A stretch of DNA of 64,000 bases from Dudresnaya verticillata (lineage: Eukaryota): contig OZ374565.1 in NCBI GenBank assembly GCA_977862235.1, forward strand, positions 682,001 to 746,000. The letters run 5' to 3'. Under the pieces are notes generated by a model. The model saw nothing but the letters and a program-made list of their open reading frames with translations, made no database searches and was not told where the DNA came from. Of this stretch, positions 1 through 11,596 are shown one piece after another; positions within the stretch are counted from its first letter, which is position 1, and the number at the start of each line of letters is the position of its first letter. A program made the position numbers and the translations under genes.

Positions 1-609
1 GAGAAACTCAATGCCAGCAACTACTACATTTGGTCAAGGAAGATCGAAGTGGTGCTGAGAGGAAAAGGGCTATGGGGTGTGGTCTCAGGAGAAGAAGACC
101 AACCGGAAGACTCAGATAGAGAAGAGCTCAAGAAGTTCAGCAGAAGAAAAGACCAAGCACTTAGCTATATACTTTTATCCATAGATGACACTGTATGTGC
201 TACAGTGATCGACCTGAAGGATCCCAAGGAGATTTGGGGAAAGCTCAAGAAAATGTTTGAAGCAGTATCAGAAGCCTCTATAGACGCCTATCTTACAGAG
301 TACCAAGGCCTTAAGATGAAGCATGGTGAGAAACTAATGGCATACATCAGTCGGTTGAGTGCTGTAGAAAGCAAACTCACGTCTGTAGGCCATGTTCTTA
401 AGGACGCGGAGAAAATGCGTGCCTTGCTGCGAGGGCTTACGGATGACTTCCAAATTACTCGAGAAGTCATTAGGATCACTGAACTATCATACTCACAGGC
501 CTTGTCTCAGTTAATACTGAGAGAGGCAACCAAGAAGGAAGAAGATGGTGAGGATAATGATGAAGAGACATCCACCAAGGCACTAGCCAGTTACTGGAAA
601 AAACATTAA
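1..609 (+). CDS. gag: copia gag (N-terminal part, start off-window); shifts +1 into the zinc knuckle/pol frame
   Basis: Retrotran_gag-like LRGKGLWGVVSG...ALSYILLSI...PKEIWGKLKKMF...LLRGL. The CCHC knuckle CHYCGKKGHKKSEC (from 611) is in the pol frame. Confidence 0.85.
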   Translation, partial: EKLNASNYYIWSRKIEVVLRGKGLWGVVSGEEDQPEDSDREELKKFSRRKDQALSYILLSIDDTVCATVIDLKDPKEIWGKLKKMFEAVSEASIDAYLTEYQGLKMKHGEKLMAYISRLSAVESKLTSVGHVLKDAEKMRALLRGLTDDFQITREVIRITELSYSQALSQLILREATKKEEDGEDNDEETSTKALASYWKKH

Positions 610-3600
610 ATGCCACTACTGCGGTAAGAAAGGGCATAAGAAGTCTGAGTGCTTTTGTAATCCAGAGAGCAAGAACTACCACCCTAGAAATGGGAACAGA
701 AACGGGAAGTTCAAAGGACAGAAGAAACAAGAGAAGGATGGTAATCGGGGAGAACAAGGGAATTCTAACCCTAACCCAGGATCAGGATACATCACATTTG
801 TTTCAAGGTGCATGAGCACTAATGCCAAAGGGCCTCAAAGTTTTAAGAACAAGTGGCTAATAGACTCAGGTGCAACTTCTAATATGTGTAACCAGCAGAA
901 CATGTTCAAAGAGATCAATGAGGACTCGAAATCAGTTTCTGTGGGAAATGGTGCAAAAGCCGAAGTGAAAGGAATTGGATACATCAGTGGTACTGTTAAT
1001 GTAGAGGGAAAAACGACTAACATCAGGATGAAGGACGTTTTATTTGTCCCTAATCTCATGTGCAACCTAATATCGGTAAGCAAACTGAGACAAGCTGGCC
1101 TACTCGTTTCCTTCGACACCGACGAGAATGGGAGAGGAGTCTGTTTGGTGACAAATAAGCGAGACAAGGGTATTATTCTGAAGGGAATTGAAACTGAAGG
1201 GCTATATGAGGTCAACTTCGAACCTGACCCGAAGACTACTTACAAGTCAGTAACTGCACGATCCAATATGTCCACTGCTGAAAAACAAGTGTTGTGGCAC
1301 GAAAGACTTGGCCATGTTGGGAAGGAGACAGTACAGAAGAGCATACCAATTGTATCAGGTATTGATATCAAAGACGCTCACTCAATAGGCACATGCGAAA
1401 AATGCGCGAAAGCGAAGTCCAAGCGCAGTGTCAGACCAGCTATGAAAGAGGAAGACAGAAATAATACGAAGCTACTGGACCTGGCTCATGTGGATATCGT
1501 TGGACCTGTTGAGACAACATCACTCAATGGTTCCAGGTACTTCATAACTCTATATGAAGACTCTTGTGCTTTGTCGTTGATAAGATTTTTTGACACAAGA
1601 AAGGCGGCCGGAAAACATCTCAAGGACATGATAACTGAACTTGAAACCGTAGCTAGGATCAAAATTCAACGAGTTATCATTCGCAGGCTATTACCAAATC
1701 AAGAAAAACTACCCCTTGAAAAATTGAAGCGACTTCGTTCTGACAATACGAAGGAGTTCATCTCAAACAACTTTACAAAGTGGCTTTCTGACCGAGGTAC
1801 AGTCCAAGAGCTCTCCTCCCCATATTCACCGGAATCCAATGGAAAAGCAGAGAGGCTTAATAGGACCCTGATGGACATGGCCAGGAGCATGTTAACCAAC
1901 ATTTATGGTGAAATTGGACACAAGAAACTGTGGGCAGAAGCAGTAAACACTGCGAACTATCTTCGTAATAGAATGTTCACGAGAGCTTGCAACCAAGAAA
2001 ATAAGACACCATTTGAGGCTGTTACTGGTCGTAAACCTGACCTATCGCATCTTCGAATATTTGGCTCTAAGGCCTACGTTCATACATCTAAGAAGAAGAG
2101 GAAGGAGAAGTTTGGACCAAGAGCTCGAAAAGGTATTCTAGTTGGATATGGAAATGGTAACAGTTACAAAGTATATTTTCCAGAGAAAGGAACTGTAGAA
2201 ATATCCAGGGATGTAACATTTGATGAAGGGATATTTTCGGAAACTCTCAAGGAACACAGTATAACCGAAAATGATGAGAAGAAATGTCAAGAAATTGAAT
2301 TGCAGGAAGCCTCAGATGTGGACTCAGAAGAAGGTAGAAAGGAATCTCCAGGACCAGGATTACAAAGCACAGAAAAAGTTGGAGAAGACAATTCAGACAT
2401 AGAAGAGGAAGATTTGCAAGATGTTACACATTTTCCCGACGTTCGCCGGTCGTCAAGAGTCTCACAAGCTCCTACAAGATACAATCCCTCAGCCAACATA
2501 GCATTGGCGGCGCGACTTGGGAACGAAACACCAGAGGCACCTCTGACGTACGAGGAAGCTTTGGAAACTCCCGAAAAGGATGCATGGAAAGAAGCTATGG
2601 CCGAGGAGATATCCTCCATAAATTCAATGAAGGCATGGGAACTTGTGCCTCGCCCATCAAATGTCAAGCCACTCACACCGAAGTGGACTTTCGTGGAGAA
2701 AAGAGACTCTAAGAACAATTTGACACGTCGTAAGGCTAGACTCGTAGCGAGAGGATATGAGCAACAGCATGGAATTGACTACAATGAGACCTTATCGCCG
2801 GTAGCGAGGTACTCCTCGCTAAGGTACCTCCTGGCTTTTGCAACAGATGAGGACTTGGAACTACTTCAGCTCGACGTCAAGACAGCGTTTTTGAATGGGA
2901 AACTAGATGAGGTAATTTTTCTCGAGCAACCCAAAGGCTTTATTGACGTGGCTAACCCGCAATACGTGTACAAGCTTCTCAAGGCACTTTACGGACTTAA
3001 ACAGGCTTCCCGCGCATGGCGCAGAACCATTGACAGCCTTCTTCGTTCCTTGTGGTTTATGCAGTCTCAAACCGATCCGACGTTATACATACTACATTAT
3101 GGTAATCGGAAAGTGTACGTACTTGTCTATGTAGATGATATGCTACTAGCCGGGAAAGATGGCAACAAGCTTATGGACATAGCTATGTCCATAGGAAAGA
3201 AGGTTACAATAGCAGTGGAACGGGACGTGAGAAAGTTTATAGGTATTCTTATCCGTCGTGATGTGAAGGATGTTACGCTGAAAATGTACAACCCGCACAT
3301 CGTGGACACAATTCTCTGCAAGTTCCGAATGAATTATTGCAGGCCGGCCAGAACACCATTACCACATGGCGTCGTATTGGACGCGGAAGCAACAGGATCC
3401 AACAAGCAAGGGGGGTCTCCAGAACTGACAGAGCGAGTTCCATACCGTGAGCTTGTTGGCACCCTTCTTCACCTTGCCAATACAACACGCCCGGACATTG
3501 CTTATAGCGTGGCCGTTCTGTCCAGATACATGCATAACCCCCATACAGTACATTGGAATGCTGCTAAACATATTCTAAGATACTTTAAGGCCACACAACA

Positions 3601-4138
3601 CGGTGGCCTCGTCTACAAGAGAAGTACAAAGGATGGAAGAACGCTATGTGGATACTGTGATTCAGACTTTGCCGGAGACAGAATGGATAGGAAGTCGACA
3701 AGTGGCTTTGTGTTCCTAAGCGCTGGTGGCGCCATCTCATGGCGCAGCAAGAAACAAACAATAGTCGCTCAATCCAGTGTGGAAGCAGAGTACGTCTCTA
3801 CGTCATTTGCGGTTAGGGAACTCATCTGGCTACGGCGTATGTACCGCGACTTTTATGGCAGAGATATTCCATCCATCACCCTATACGCAGACAATCAGGG
3901 CGCGATCGCATTAGGAAAGGATGAGATCTGCAATGAGCGGACAAAACACATTGATGTCAAGTACCATTTTATTAGAGACCATATCAAGACGGGCAATGTG
4001 AAACTCCTATACGTTTCAACTCAGCAAATGGTTGCTGACATAATGACAAAGATCTTACCGACCAGTAAGCACAAGTACTTCACCGACAGACTTGGAATAG
4101 ACATGAGAGAGATGGATCAGCTCGAGGGGGAGTGTTGA
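590..4138 (+). CDS. pol: copia polyprotein: zinc knuckle, protease, integrase, RT, RNase H (frame open from ~590; first ATG at 812)
   Basis: WLIDSGATSNM (protease); WHERLGH...CEKC, HVDIVGP, RSDN, SNGKAER (integrase); QLDVKTAFLNG, LYGLKQA, YVDDML (RT); GYCDSDFAGD, ADNQGA, KHIDVKYH, ADIMTK (RNase H). No internal stops. Confidence 0.97.
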   Translation, partial: VTGKNIKCHYCGKKGHKKSECFCNPESKNYHPRNGNRNGKFKGQKKQEKDGNRGEQGNSNPNPGSGYITFVSRCMSTNAKGPQSFKNKWLIDSGATSNMCNQQNMFKEINEDSKSVSVGNGAKAEVKGIGYISGTVNVEGKTTNIRMKDVLFVPNLMCNLISVSKLRQAGLLVSFDTDENGRGVCLVTNKRDKGIILKGIETEGLYEVNFEPDPKTTYKSVTARSNMSTAEKQVLWHERLGHVGKETVQKSIPIVSGIDIKDAHSIGTCEKCAKAKSKRSVRPAMKEEDRNNTKLLDLAHVDIVGPVETTSLNGSRYFITLYEDSCALSLIRFFDTRKAAGKHLKDMITELETVARIKIQRVIIRRLLPNQEKLPLEKLKRLRSDNTKEFISNNFTKWLSDRGTVQELSSPYSPESNGKAERLNRTLMDMARSMLTNIYGEIGHKKLWAEAVNTANYLRNRMFTRACNQENKTPFEAVTGRKPDLSHLRIFGSKAYVHTSKKKRKEKFGPRARKGILVGYGNGNSYKVYFPEKGTVEISRDVTFDEGIFSETLKEHSITENDEKKCQEIELQEASDVDSEEGRKESPGPGLQSTEKVGEDNSDIEEEDLQDVTHFPDVRRSSRVSQAPTRYNPSANIALAARLGNETPEAPLTYEEALETPEKDAWKEAMAEEISSINSMKAWELVPRPSNVKPLTPKWTFVEKRDSKNNLTRRKARLVARGYEQQHGIDYNETLSPVARYSSLRYLLAFATDEDLELLQLDVKTAFLNGKLDEVIFLEQPKGFIDVANPQYVYKLLKALYGLKQASRAWRRTIDSLLRSLWFMQSQTDPTLYILHYGNRKVYVLVYVDDMLLAGKDGNKLMDIAMSIGKKVTIAVERDVRKFIGILIRRDVKDVTLKMYNPHIVDTILCKFRMNYCRPARTPLPHGVVLDAEATGSNKQGGSPELTERVPYRELVGTLLHLANTTRPDIAYSVAVLSRYMHNPHTVHWNAAKHILRYFKATQHGGLVYKRSTKDGRTLCGYCDSDFAGDRMDRKSTSGFVFLSAGGAISWRSKKQTIVAQSSVEAEYVSTSFAVRELIWLRRMYRDFYGRDIPSITLYADNQGAIALGKDEICNERTKHIDVKYHFIRDHIKTGNVKLLYVSTQQMVADIMTKILPTSKHKYFTDRLGIDMREMDQLEGEC

Positions 4139-4377
4139 AGTCTGACTGCAACTTACGAGCTGGACCCTGCAATTTGAGCAAATGGCGCACTTCTAATTGT
4201 AGGCACTGGCGCAAGTCTAATTGCTAGCGTTGGTGTAGTTCTAATTGTAAGAGCAGTAGGTTCTCGGAATTACCAGTAGGGTAGAAGACACATAAAGGAC
4301 AAGCTGCGACTGCTTACTGGGAATAGCCCAGGTAAGTAAATGCAACAAGTTGAACAGCTCCCGTACACCTTTCAACA
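4133..4377 (+). repeat. 3' LTR of copia element 1 (245 bp)
   Basis: Follows the PPT and has a 7-bp terminal inverted repeat TGTTGAA/TTCAACA. The Helitron helicase frame (CATTGIA) abuts it at 4378. Confidence 0.85.
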
Positions 4378-7300
4378 GATGCAATGCCAGTCGTCGCGCA
4401 GATCTCCACGAAGAGACCCTTTGCTTCGACCATGTCCCGAGGCAAGGACAGCAGATACGTCTTCCCAGTGCCGGCGTGCCCTTGCAAGAAGAACAGCTTG
4501 CCATCTGTACCGTGCCGGTCCTCGTTCTGTCGCGCCATCACTGCCTGAAAGAGCTCATCCACAACTTCTTTCTGTTGCTCTTTCAGGCCATGGTATCGGC
4601 CCGGGACGCTCTGTACATTCTCCGGAGTCATAGCGGCCTGCGCCCGAAGTTCTGCCCTTTCTACCTCATTCGAACCCATTTGACCGGACTGAGCAGCCTC
4701 TGCGAAGAACGTGTGATCCCGTAGACGGCGGCCACCATGCAGGTCCGAAATCTGAAGCACCCGGCGTAGGAGCTCTAGCCTTACATTCTAGACGTGAATA
4801 TCTGCTGTCAAAGCGGACTCATGGCGTTCTATAAGGCGCTGAGGATCAGCCTCTTGCTGGTATAGAGTGACCACCATGTGCCTCAACTCAGCAGGAGTAC
4901 GGAAGATTCGCACTGCTTCATCGAAGGCGGTGTGGCACTCGTTACCATCCACGTACAGTCCTGCAGCAGTGGCCACATCACGATACGTCGGGTACGTCTG
5001 ACTTTCCCAAACCTTTGCCTCATCAAAGCTGCGAGGACTCGAGTTGAGGATGACCACCCGAAATGCAAACAGTTCAACATTTTCCGGGGGTACAAAGCGG
5101 ATGCGGGCGACAGCGCGGTCACGTGTACCGCGCTCAGTCACCCACAGAGGTGGAGTGCCGGAATCACGGGGAATCTCATTCATGCCAGGACGCTGCATAC
5201 TCCTCGGAACCTTCTTGCGAAGATTGAACGTCTCCATGTACGTAAGAAAGTCCAAGTCTGCAAACTGCGCTGGCCGAGCAAAGTACCTCTCAATGTCCGA
5301 GGAGTTCCGTACGCTAGAGGCCGCAGCTTGAGGATTCTGGAACAGAACCACCCGTTGACCCGGCAGGTGAACACTGAAGGCTAGGACGGTCGGAGAGATG
5401 CCAACGTTTCGGAACTCAAAAAGTCTCCAACTCGCTTCTACCGCTCCGATGCGCCTCGCCCGCATGTAAACCCGGACATCGTTTCGAACCTCCTGCTGCT
5501 GACCTTGACCTTGAACGTTTTGACCTTGCGCATTCTCTTCGTTCGTTGTTTCCACTTGCGCCATGGATGGCTTGGGTGGCTTGAACGCATACTTCATCAG
5601 ATAGGCCACCGCTCCTCCACCGTTGGTTCTCTCCACATTGATATGTGCTTTGAACTCCCGGGTGAGTCGCGGATTGTACGGAACTACTTTCAGATCCTCT
5701 TCTTCGCGTCTTCGATAGACTACTTTGTTCACGGTCGGGTCCAGAAACGTCTGCGGATTCGATCCAGTCTCCCCGTAACCGAAGCGACACCGGCGAACGC
5801 TGCTTCGGGGCACAGTTCGCATACAGTACGGCGAATGCCGATGCATGTTCAGCTGCTTTACCAAGCCCCGTAGCTCTTCGTCTTCGCCAACGCGAGGTAG
5901 CTCTGCCCAGATTATGCGATCCACTTCATCCAAGTCTTCTAGGATCCCGCAGTCAAGCCACAACAACATGTGGTTGTGTGGTGTATTACGCTCCTGGAAT
6001 TCGAGCTCGGAAGCATGTGCAAGGCACTCATGCCCGAAGTACTCCTCGCACTTGGACGTTACCGTCTTCGTGAAGGAGTTGGCAAACTGGTTGTAGACAC
6101 GAGCCACCAAGTCTGGCCGATCGAACACTCCCGGCTTTCCGCCCGCAGGCGTAAAAGCTGACTTGTTATCCGTATCCAGACCCAACCGCTTCATCTCCTC
6201 CCGCCATGGGTTCATCGTCACCGTAATAAACAGTATTGGAGGACCCTTGCGAGCCACCAGGGCGTGAAAATCGAGACGCTTCGACTTCCAGTACGCTGGA
6301 CTGTTGACCACGGTGTCAGGCAGGAATAGCCGCCCAACAGCCGGCTCTACACGACCGTCCGCGTCCGTAGACAGTTCAATCTCTTCCTCTGTTGCCATAC
6401 GCTTCTGCTGCTCCTTCTCCAGGAACTGGAGACGGAGATCCTCAATTTTGATTGCTGTGCGGAGCAACCACTGCTGCAAAAGCGGCCCAGAGTTAAGAAG
6501 AATGTTGTCCGTGAAGATTCTACGCTTCGATATCGTTGCCCACGTCAGCTTTCGGACCTGGAGAGCAGAAACCTCTTCTTCAGAAGACAGAGACTCCGTC
6601 GGTGTGCCTCGAGCCTCCAGGTACTTGTTCAGATCGAAGGGAGCATCCCGATCACCGTACGGATACAGTAGCGGAAATGCCCCTCTCTCAGCCACAGCCG
6701 AAGAAGGCTTCAGCTTTTTCATCCGAAGTACCTGTCGAGCAGGCTGCCCATCCGATGCCGGTTGTCCCTGACGCTCATTTCGAATCACTGCTACAGGCGC
6801 AGTTTGTCGATACAAACCTGCAGGATCTACAATGAAGGCCTCCATTCCAGTCGGTTGTCCTCTTTGGTCTTCTGGGAGCGGACCGCTCCCTTGAACCCGT
6901 TGGACAGTACCAACCTGAGACCCAGTGTGGTCCCGCTCTTGCAACTCGACACCTTCACCATTCAATGGAACGTCAGAATCATCTGGAGGCTCCAGCACGG
7001 AATCCACTCCTTGCCCTTCCTGTGGAGCAGTACGGCCTTGTCGAAACAGAGAACGGTACTGTTCACGAACTACTGTAGCAGGTGGACGGATGTGTTCGTA
7101 CAAAATTGGGGCAATGTACCGCACATCCGCTTTCTCTACTGCCGTCTTCATGAAACGTCGACTGTGAGACTCCGGTTCCAGAGTGGGTGGTCCATCCGCC
7201 CACAGAAAGCTGTATCGGGAGTCCGGCATTCGCAAAGCGATAGCCGTATTCCCTTGCAGCCTCAGAAACGAAGAACCACCCCCGCTGGTATACGAAAGGT

Positions 7301-8024
7301 CCATAAACGGCACCACAGTCGCAAATAGACAGTTGAGTGCGAGTGAATTGTTCCGAAAAGCCCTCATGGCGTACACCCGATCGAGATCGGAGACAACATG
7401 GCGCCTTTGAAACGTCACACTTATCGCATCCTTCGCTTTACTGCTTGCACCGCAACACTGCTCGTCTACCTCATTTCCCACCAATACCGTCCCACAGAAG
7501 ATGCAGTTGCGGATCCTACACGTCCAGTCAGGCTCTGTACAGGCGCGTCGCTCATGTGATGAGCTACCGCACTTTGTACAGGTCCTAGACTCAATGCAGG
7601 CGTCCTCAAAAGCAGCCGGCCTCGGGACAGTTCTTTTCGCGACCTCTACATCTGGATCCCATGCGTAGTACACCCTAAGATGCACTCCGCGACGGGGCAC
7701 AGCTGCATTGGACATTACCACCAAGTCTCTAGCCGGATCCGTGACATTACCGCGACCGCGAACACGAACACGACCACGACCACGACCAACAGAATCTGAA
7801 GGCACCGGAGGATCCAAAGGAGGGGCAGAAACAGTAGCGGAAGGAGGAGGCACAGGCAGAGAAGGAGGAGGCAGAGGAATGAAAGGAGGCAGAGGAGGCA
7901 GAGGAGGCAGAGGCGGAAGAGTAGGGGGATTCACTGCAGGAGGCAAGGGAGGAGGCGCAAGAATCCCAGAGGATGTCGGCGCAACAGTCCGGCGCGGGGA
8001 CAGTGGCGGAGGGTTTGAAAGCAT
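4378..8024 (-). mobile_element. Helitron Rep/Pif1-helicase gene, disrupted by one TAG at 4788-4790 and truncated by the copia insertion
   Basis: HUH Rep motifs FITVTMNP, EFQERNTPHNHMLLW, YLMKYAFK. Continues in frame into FLQGHAGTGKTYL (Walker A) and CATTGIA (Pif1 motif Ia). Pro-rich N-terminus with a CTKCGSSSHERRAC knuckle. Confidence 0.95.
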
Positions 8025-8359
8025 TCTCCTACCAAAGGGCCCTCTCCTACATTACCAACGTCTTCTCGTACGCAACCGGCGTCAGGATCTGCAGGCGTGC
8101 GTCTCTTTCGCGGCAAAACGGTCAAAAGCGACTTTAACGGATAAAACTGTAGACTTACAGTGCGCCAAAAGAGCCGATTTTCGCGCAACTTCCCGGACGG
8201 GTCTTTGCACTGTGATTGGCCCACCCAGCGCGCGAAGCTGTAGGAGGGGCTAACACCTCAGACAATCGTTATATAAGGGGGGATAAAGCAGCTTTGCATT
8301 TCATGAAATATCAATACTTATGTTTATTTCGCACGTTCTAAATGTACTCCGTTCCATGA

Positions 8360-8625
8360 TGGAGGCAATATTGCAATATCTATTGTGTTCTGGAGGTTAT
8401 ATTGCAATATTTATTGAGTTCTGGAAGCTATATTGCAATACCTATTGCGTAATGGAGGCCATATTGCAATACTTATTCCATGATAGAGGCAATATTGCAA
8501 TACGTATTGCGTTATGGATGCAATACTGCAATACGTATTGCTATTGGGGAGGGAACGGTGTCACAGATTGCTTATTGCGTTTCTGTGAGCAATAGTTTGC
8601 AATAATATTGCGACCAGACCTGGTT
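8360..8625. repeat. array of ~31-bp imperfect units with the palindromic core TATTGCAATA
   Basis: GGAGGC-ATATTGCAATA-nTATTG-like unit seen about 6-7 times, ending near CCAGACCTGG. Resembles transposon subterminal repeats. Confidence 0.75.
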
Positions 8626-9749
8626 AGAACACACAATAATCCAGCCCTGCGCTCACCAAGATCTGTAAGTGTCCAGAACTACACCACATCGCTCAACATG
8701 GACTTCGTGATCTCCCTATCGAGCAATGGGTCGTAAGAACTGACTACAGAATAACATAGACCGAAAAGAGGGGAATGTTGACGTCGGCACATTTACGGTC
8801 CTTCCCGGCAGGGATGGAATCCCTGCCGGACTGTTATTTACGTAGTTGTAAATTATCATTTGTTAATTAATGAGTTAGCTGCATTTTCAGAAGCGTTTTA
8901 CGCGATTTCAATTAGCTATCGCGCATTTTACCGATGTTTACCGAGTTTGTTTTCGTGCTAGAAGATAGAGAAGGGCGACCAGCTCGAGGCTATAAGAACC
9001 CCGGCTTCGTAGAGCCGAGGGATTCCTGCCATCATCAAGTTCAATCAAAAGTAAAGGGCACCATACTGCCCCCCGCCATTGGACCTGCGAGTTCGTTCGA
9101 ATCCAGTGTTACAGCGTTTTTGCTGTGAAAATGCGCGACATTTAATCGACAGTGATCTCCACTCTGGGGCAGCGGGCCAGGAAAGAACACGTGAACAGTT
9201 CAGCGCGCCGTGGCTAGCTGGGCCCAGTCAATGTACAGTAATACCCTTTTTATTGCGACGAGATTCGGGCCCCAGGCACGATATAGGTGTTGATGTAGAC
9301 CATATACCAAAATATGGCAATACCCAAATTTTGGATATACGCACAAGTACAATACAAGTAAAATTCTCACAAGAGATCTACATGCCTACAGCAGTGCATC
9401 ACGCGTAGCACGCAAAAATAGCGGCGAGCCGCAAAGGGACGCATATGGCGTGCGAGGAGTATAATTCTATTTTCTGTCAGGAAAGGGTGCGGAGAGCATT
9501 TTTTCACGCACCGCGCCCCTTCTCCGGCCCCGTACTACTCTCCCTCGACCAACTCCGACATCCGCCCCACCAGTCAAGTACACTTTCCTCGCCATCGTTC
9601 ACGCCTCCCAACCGCTCCCGCTATCCCTACACGCCACTGCACTGCACACCACGCCCTCCACGTCCGGCCCTCTAACTCTGCCACAAACCACCCTCCCACA
9701 CGGAGGACACGGCCTGCGCAAGCATCTGCAAGAGGCGGACGCCCCGGCC

Positions 9750-10665
9750 GTGAGCGTGGTCACACGGGCGCGCGCCCTGCGTGGGACGCGCGTGCACGGG
9801 CTCTACGTGGCCGCCGTGAGGCTATCGGAGCCATCACTGCATCTGCACGTGGCGGAGCCTCTGGCGCCCACGTTTGCGCGTCTGCTCGCGCGCGCGCGCG
9901 TCGCCGCATACGTCAAGGAGGCGCGCGACGACGCGTGGCGGCTGCCCGCGGCGTGCACGCGGTTCTGCGCGCTGCCGCTGCACGCTCCCGCGGCCGTCAT
10001 GTTGCCGTGCCAGAGCACCGAGGTGGTCGCGCGCGCCGCCACGCGGTGCCTTCGCGACGTGTTCCGCGCGCATGTCAGCGCGCATGTCAAGAAAGCGGAG
10101 GCGGGTGATGGTACGGTGACGCTGCCGCCGCGGCTGCTCGACCCTGGGAATTGGGTCTGGTGCACTGCTGCTTGCGCCGCTCGTACTGGCCGGCGTGGAT
10201 GCGATCGGTGTCGGGGTGGAGCTGTACGAGCGCGCGGTGGAGGTAGCGCGGGGGAACGTGGAGCGGTGTGGTATGGGTGGGTGTGCGAGGGTTGTGCGCG
10301 GGGATTTTGGCAGGTTGGAGGACGTGAGTGGGATGGATGGAGTGTTTGATGTTTTGGTGAGCAACCCGCCGTACCTGTCGAAGTGGGAGCGGAAGAGGGA
10401 CGAGATGCGGCTGCGAGGGTTGCCGAAGGCGGCACTTGTGCCGAGTGGGGGCGATGCGATGGCGGCATATGTGGCCATTGCGGAGAGCCTGTGACGCGCC
10501 GGAGTGCTTGCGCCGAGTGGATGGGTCGTGCGTGAAGTCGGCGGAATGCGGAGCGTTGCAGAGGTTGCGAAGGTGTTTCCACTTGCTGGTTTGCGGGTTG
10601 TGGAGAGTATCAGGGATTATAAGGGCTTTGAACGGTTTCTTGTCCTGCGGTATGAGTCTGGGTAG
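9750..10665 (+). pseudogene. hemK: HemK/PrmC-type N5-glutamine methyltransferase pseudogene (true 5' end uncertain)
   Basis: FCALPL...VMLPCQSTEVV (PRxxTE-like); LLD/LGIGSGALL across a frameshift near 10142; FDVLVSNPPY; premature TGA at 10492; then RDYKGFERFLVL to TAG 10665. Confidence 0.85.
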
Positions 10666-10740
10666 TGACCTGTGATATCCAGTGAGTGCGTGTCTTCCGG
10701 CTCTGTTGAAGTGCGTGAGGGATCGCGGCCGAAAGCCTTT

Positions 10741-10790
10741 GTTTCCGGTTCCGTTTCGGGTTTCGCTTCGGGTTTCGCTTCGGGTTTCGT
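10741..10790. repeat. 12-bp tandem repeat (GTTTCGCTTCGG-like), KPEA/T repeats on the minus strand
   Basis: gtttccggttcc gtttcggg tttcgcttcggg tttcgcttcggg tttcg. Confidence 0.7.
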
Positions 10791-11596
10791 CTGTATAAGG
10801 CTCGCATCGCTGGCAAACTTATCAGGCAGTTTCGCCTCACTTCCTTCGTTGACACCGACTAACTCACAACAGGCAATCGCAACCCGCGGATCTGCCGCAT
10901 CGGGATGGCAAAGACCGAGCTCATGCGGGGGTACCGGTGACGATGGCGAAACGGCGGGTGCGGCATTCGCCGCTCTCGCCCCGAAATCCCGCCCGCTCCC
11001 CGCCCTCTGCCACTGCATCTGTGCAAAGCTCTCCGAGTTACGCCAGGCTGCTCCGCATCCTGGTTCTAGCCGACGACGCTCTGCTCCCCGCCCGACGCGA
11101 CGCCCCAGCAGAAGAGCCACTGCGGCCACTGCGTCTCCTCACCGCACCCGCCCGCTCACTCTTGCCACCTGTATCGCGGCCTATCCATCCCGTTTCTCCT
11201 TCCGACCCAGCTGCAACTCATGTCCCTGCCCTGGACCGCCACAGGCACGCTCTGGCTCCACCCCCGACTGCCGCCCAGTCGCTGCAGATCCCATGTCACC
11301 GCCCTGCTCCCCCGCCACCCATTCCCCTAGGGCCGGTGCTTGCACGCACGACGTCGCCACCGCCGAGAGATGTCTCGCTTGCGCGACCGCGCCGTACTGC
11401 ACAGAATCGCTTCTTGTACCCACCACAGCATCCTGCTGCTCCTCTGAATGACCCCGACGTGGCCGAAGAGCTCCACAGCCAACGAGACTCCGGCAGCGGT
11501 ATATGAGTTAGGCGACGGCTATTAGAAGAAGAAGAAATTCACTAGAAGCAAGGACTAGAAGCAGGAACAACAGCTGTACCTAGGTAGACTAATTAG

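Larger units (their letters stand above)
1..4377 (+). mobile_element. Ty1/copia LTR retrotransposon, 5' end outside the window; inserted into a Helitron
   Basis: gag-pol in copia order (PR-IN-RT-RH). Polypurine tract GAGGGGGAG at 4124-4132 directly precedes an LTR bounded by TGTTGAA...TTCAACA. Confidence 0.96.

Noticed and set aside
4341..4347. Alternative 3' LTR end at TGCAACA
   Set aside because: 4377 gives a longer terminal inverted repeat (TTCAACA) and coincides exactly with where the helicase frame resumes.
8360..8625. Possible CRISPR array
   Set aside because: Units are ~31 bp in total with linkers too short to be spacers, repeats are degenerate, there are no cas genes, and the context is eukaryotic.
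9803..11506. Several long R/A/P-rich ORFs on both strands
   Set aside because: GC-rich shadow ORFs over the HemK pseudogene and its neighbour; no product can be supported.
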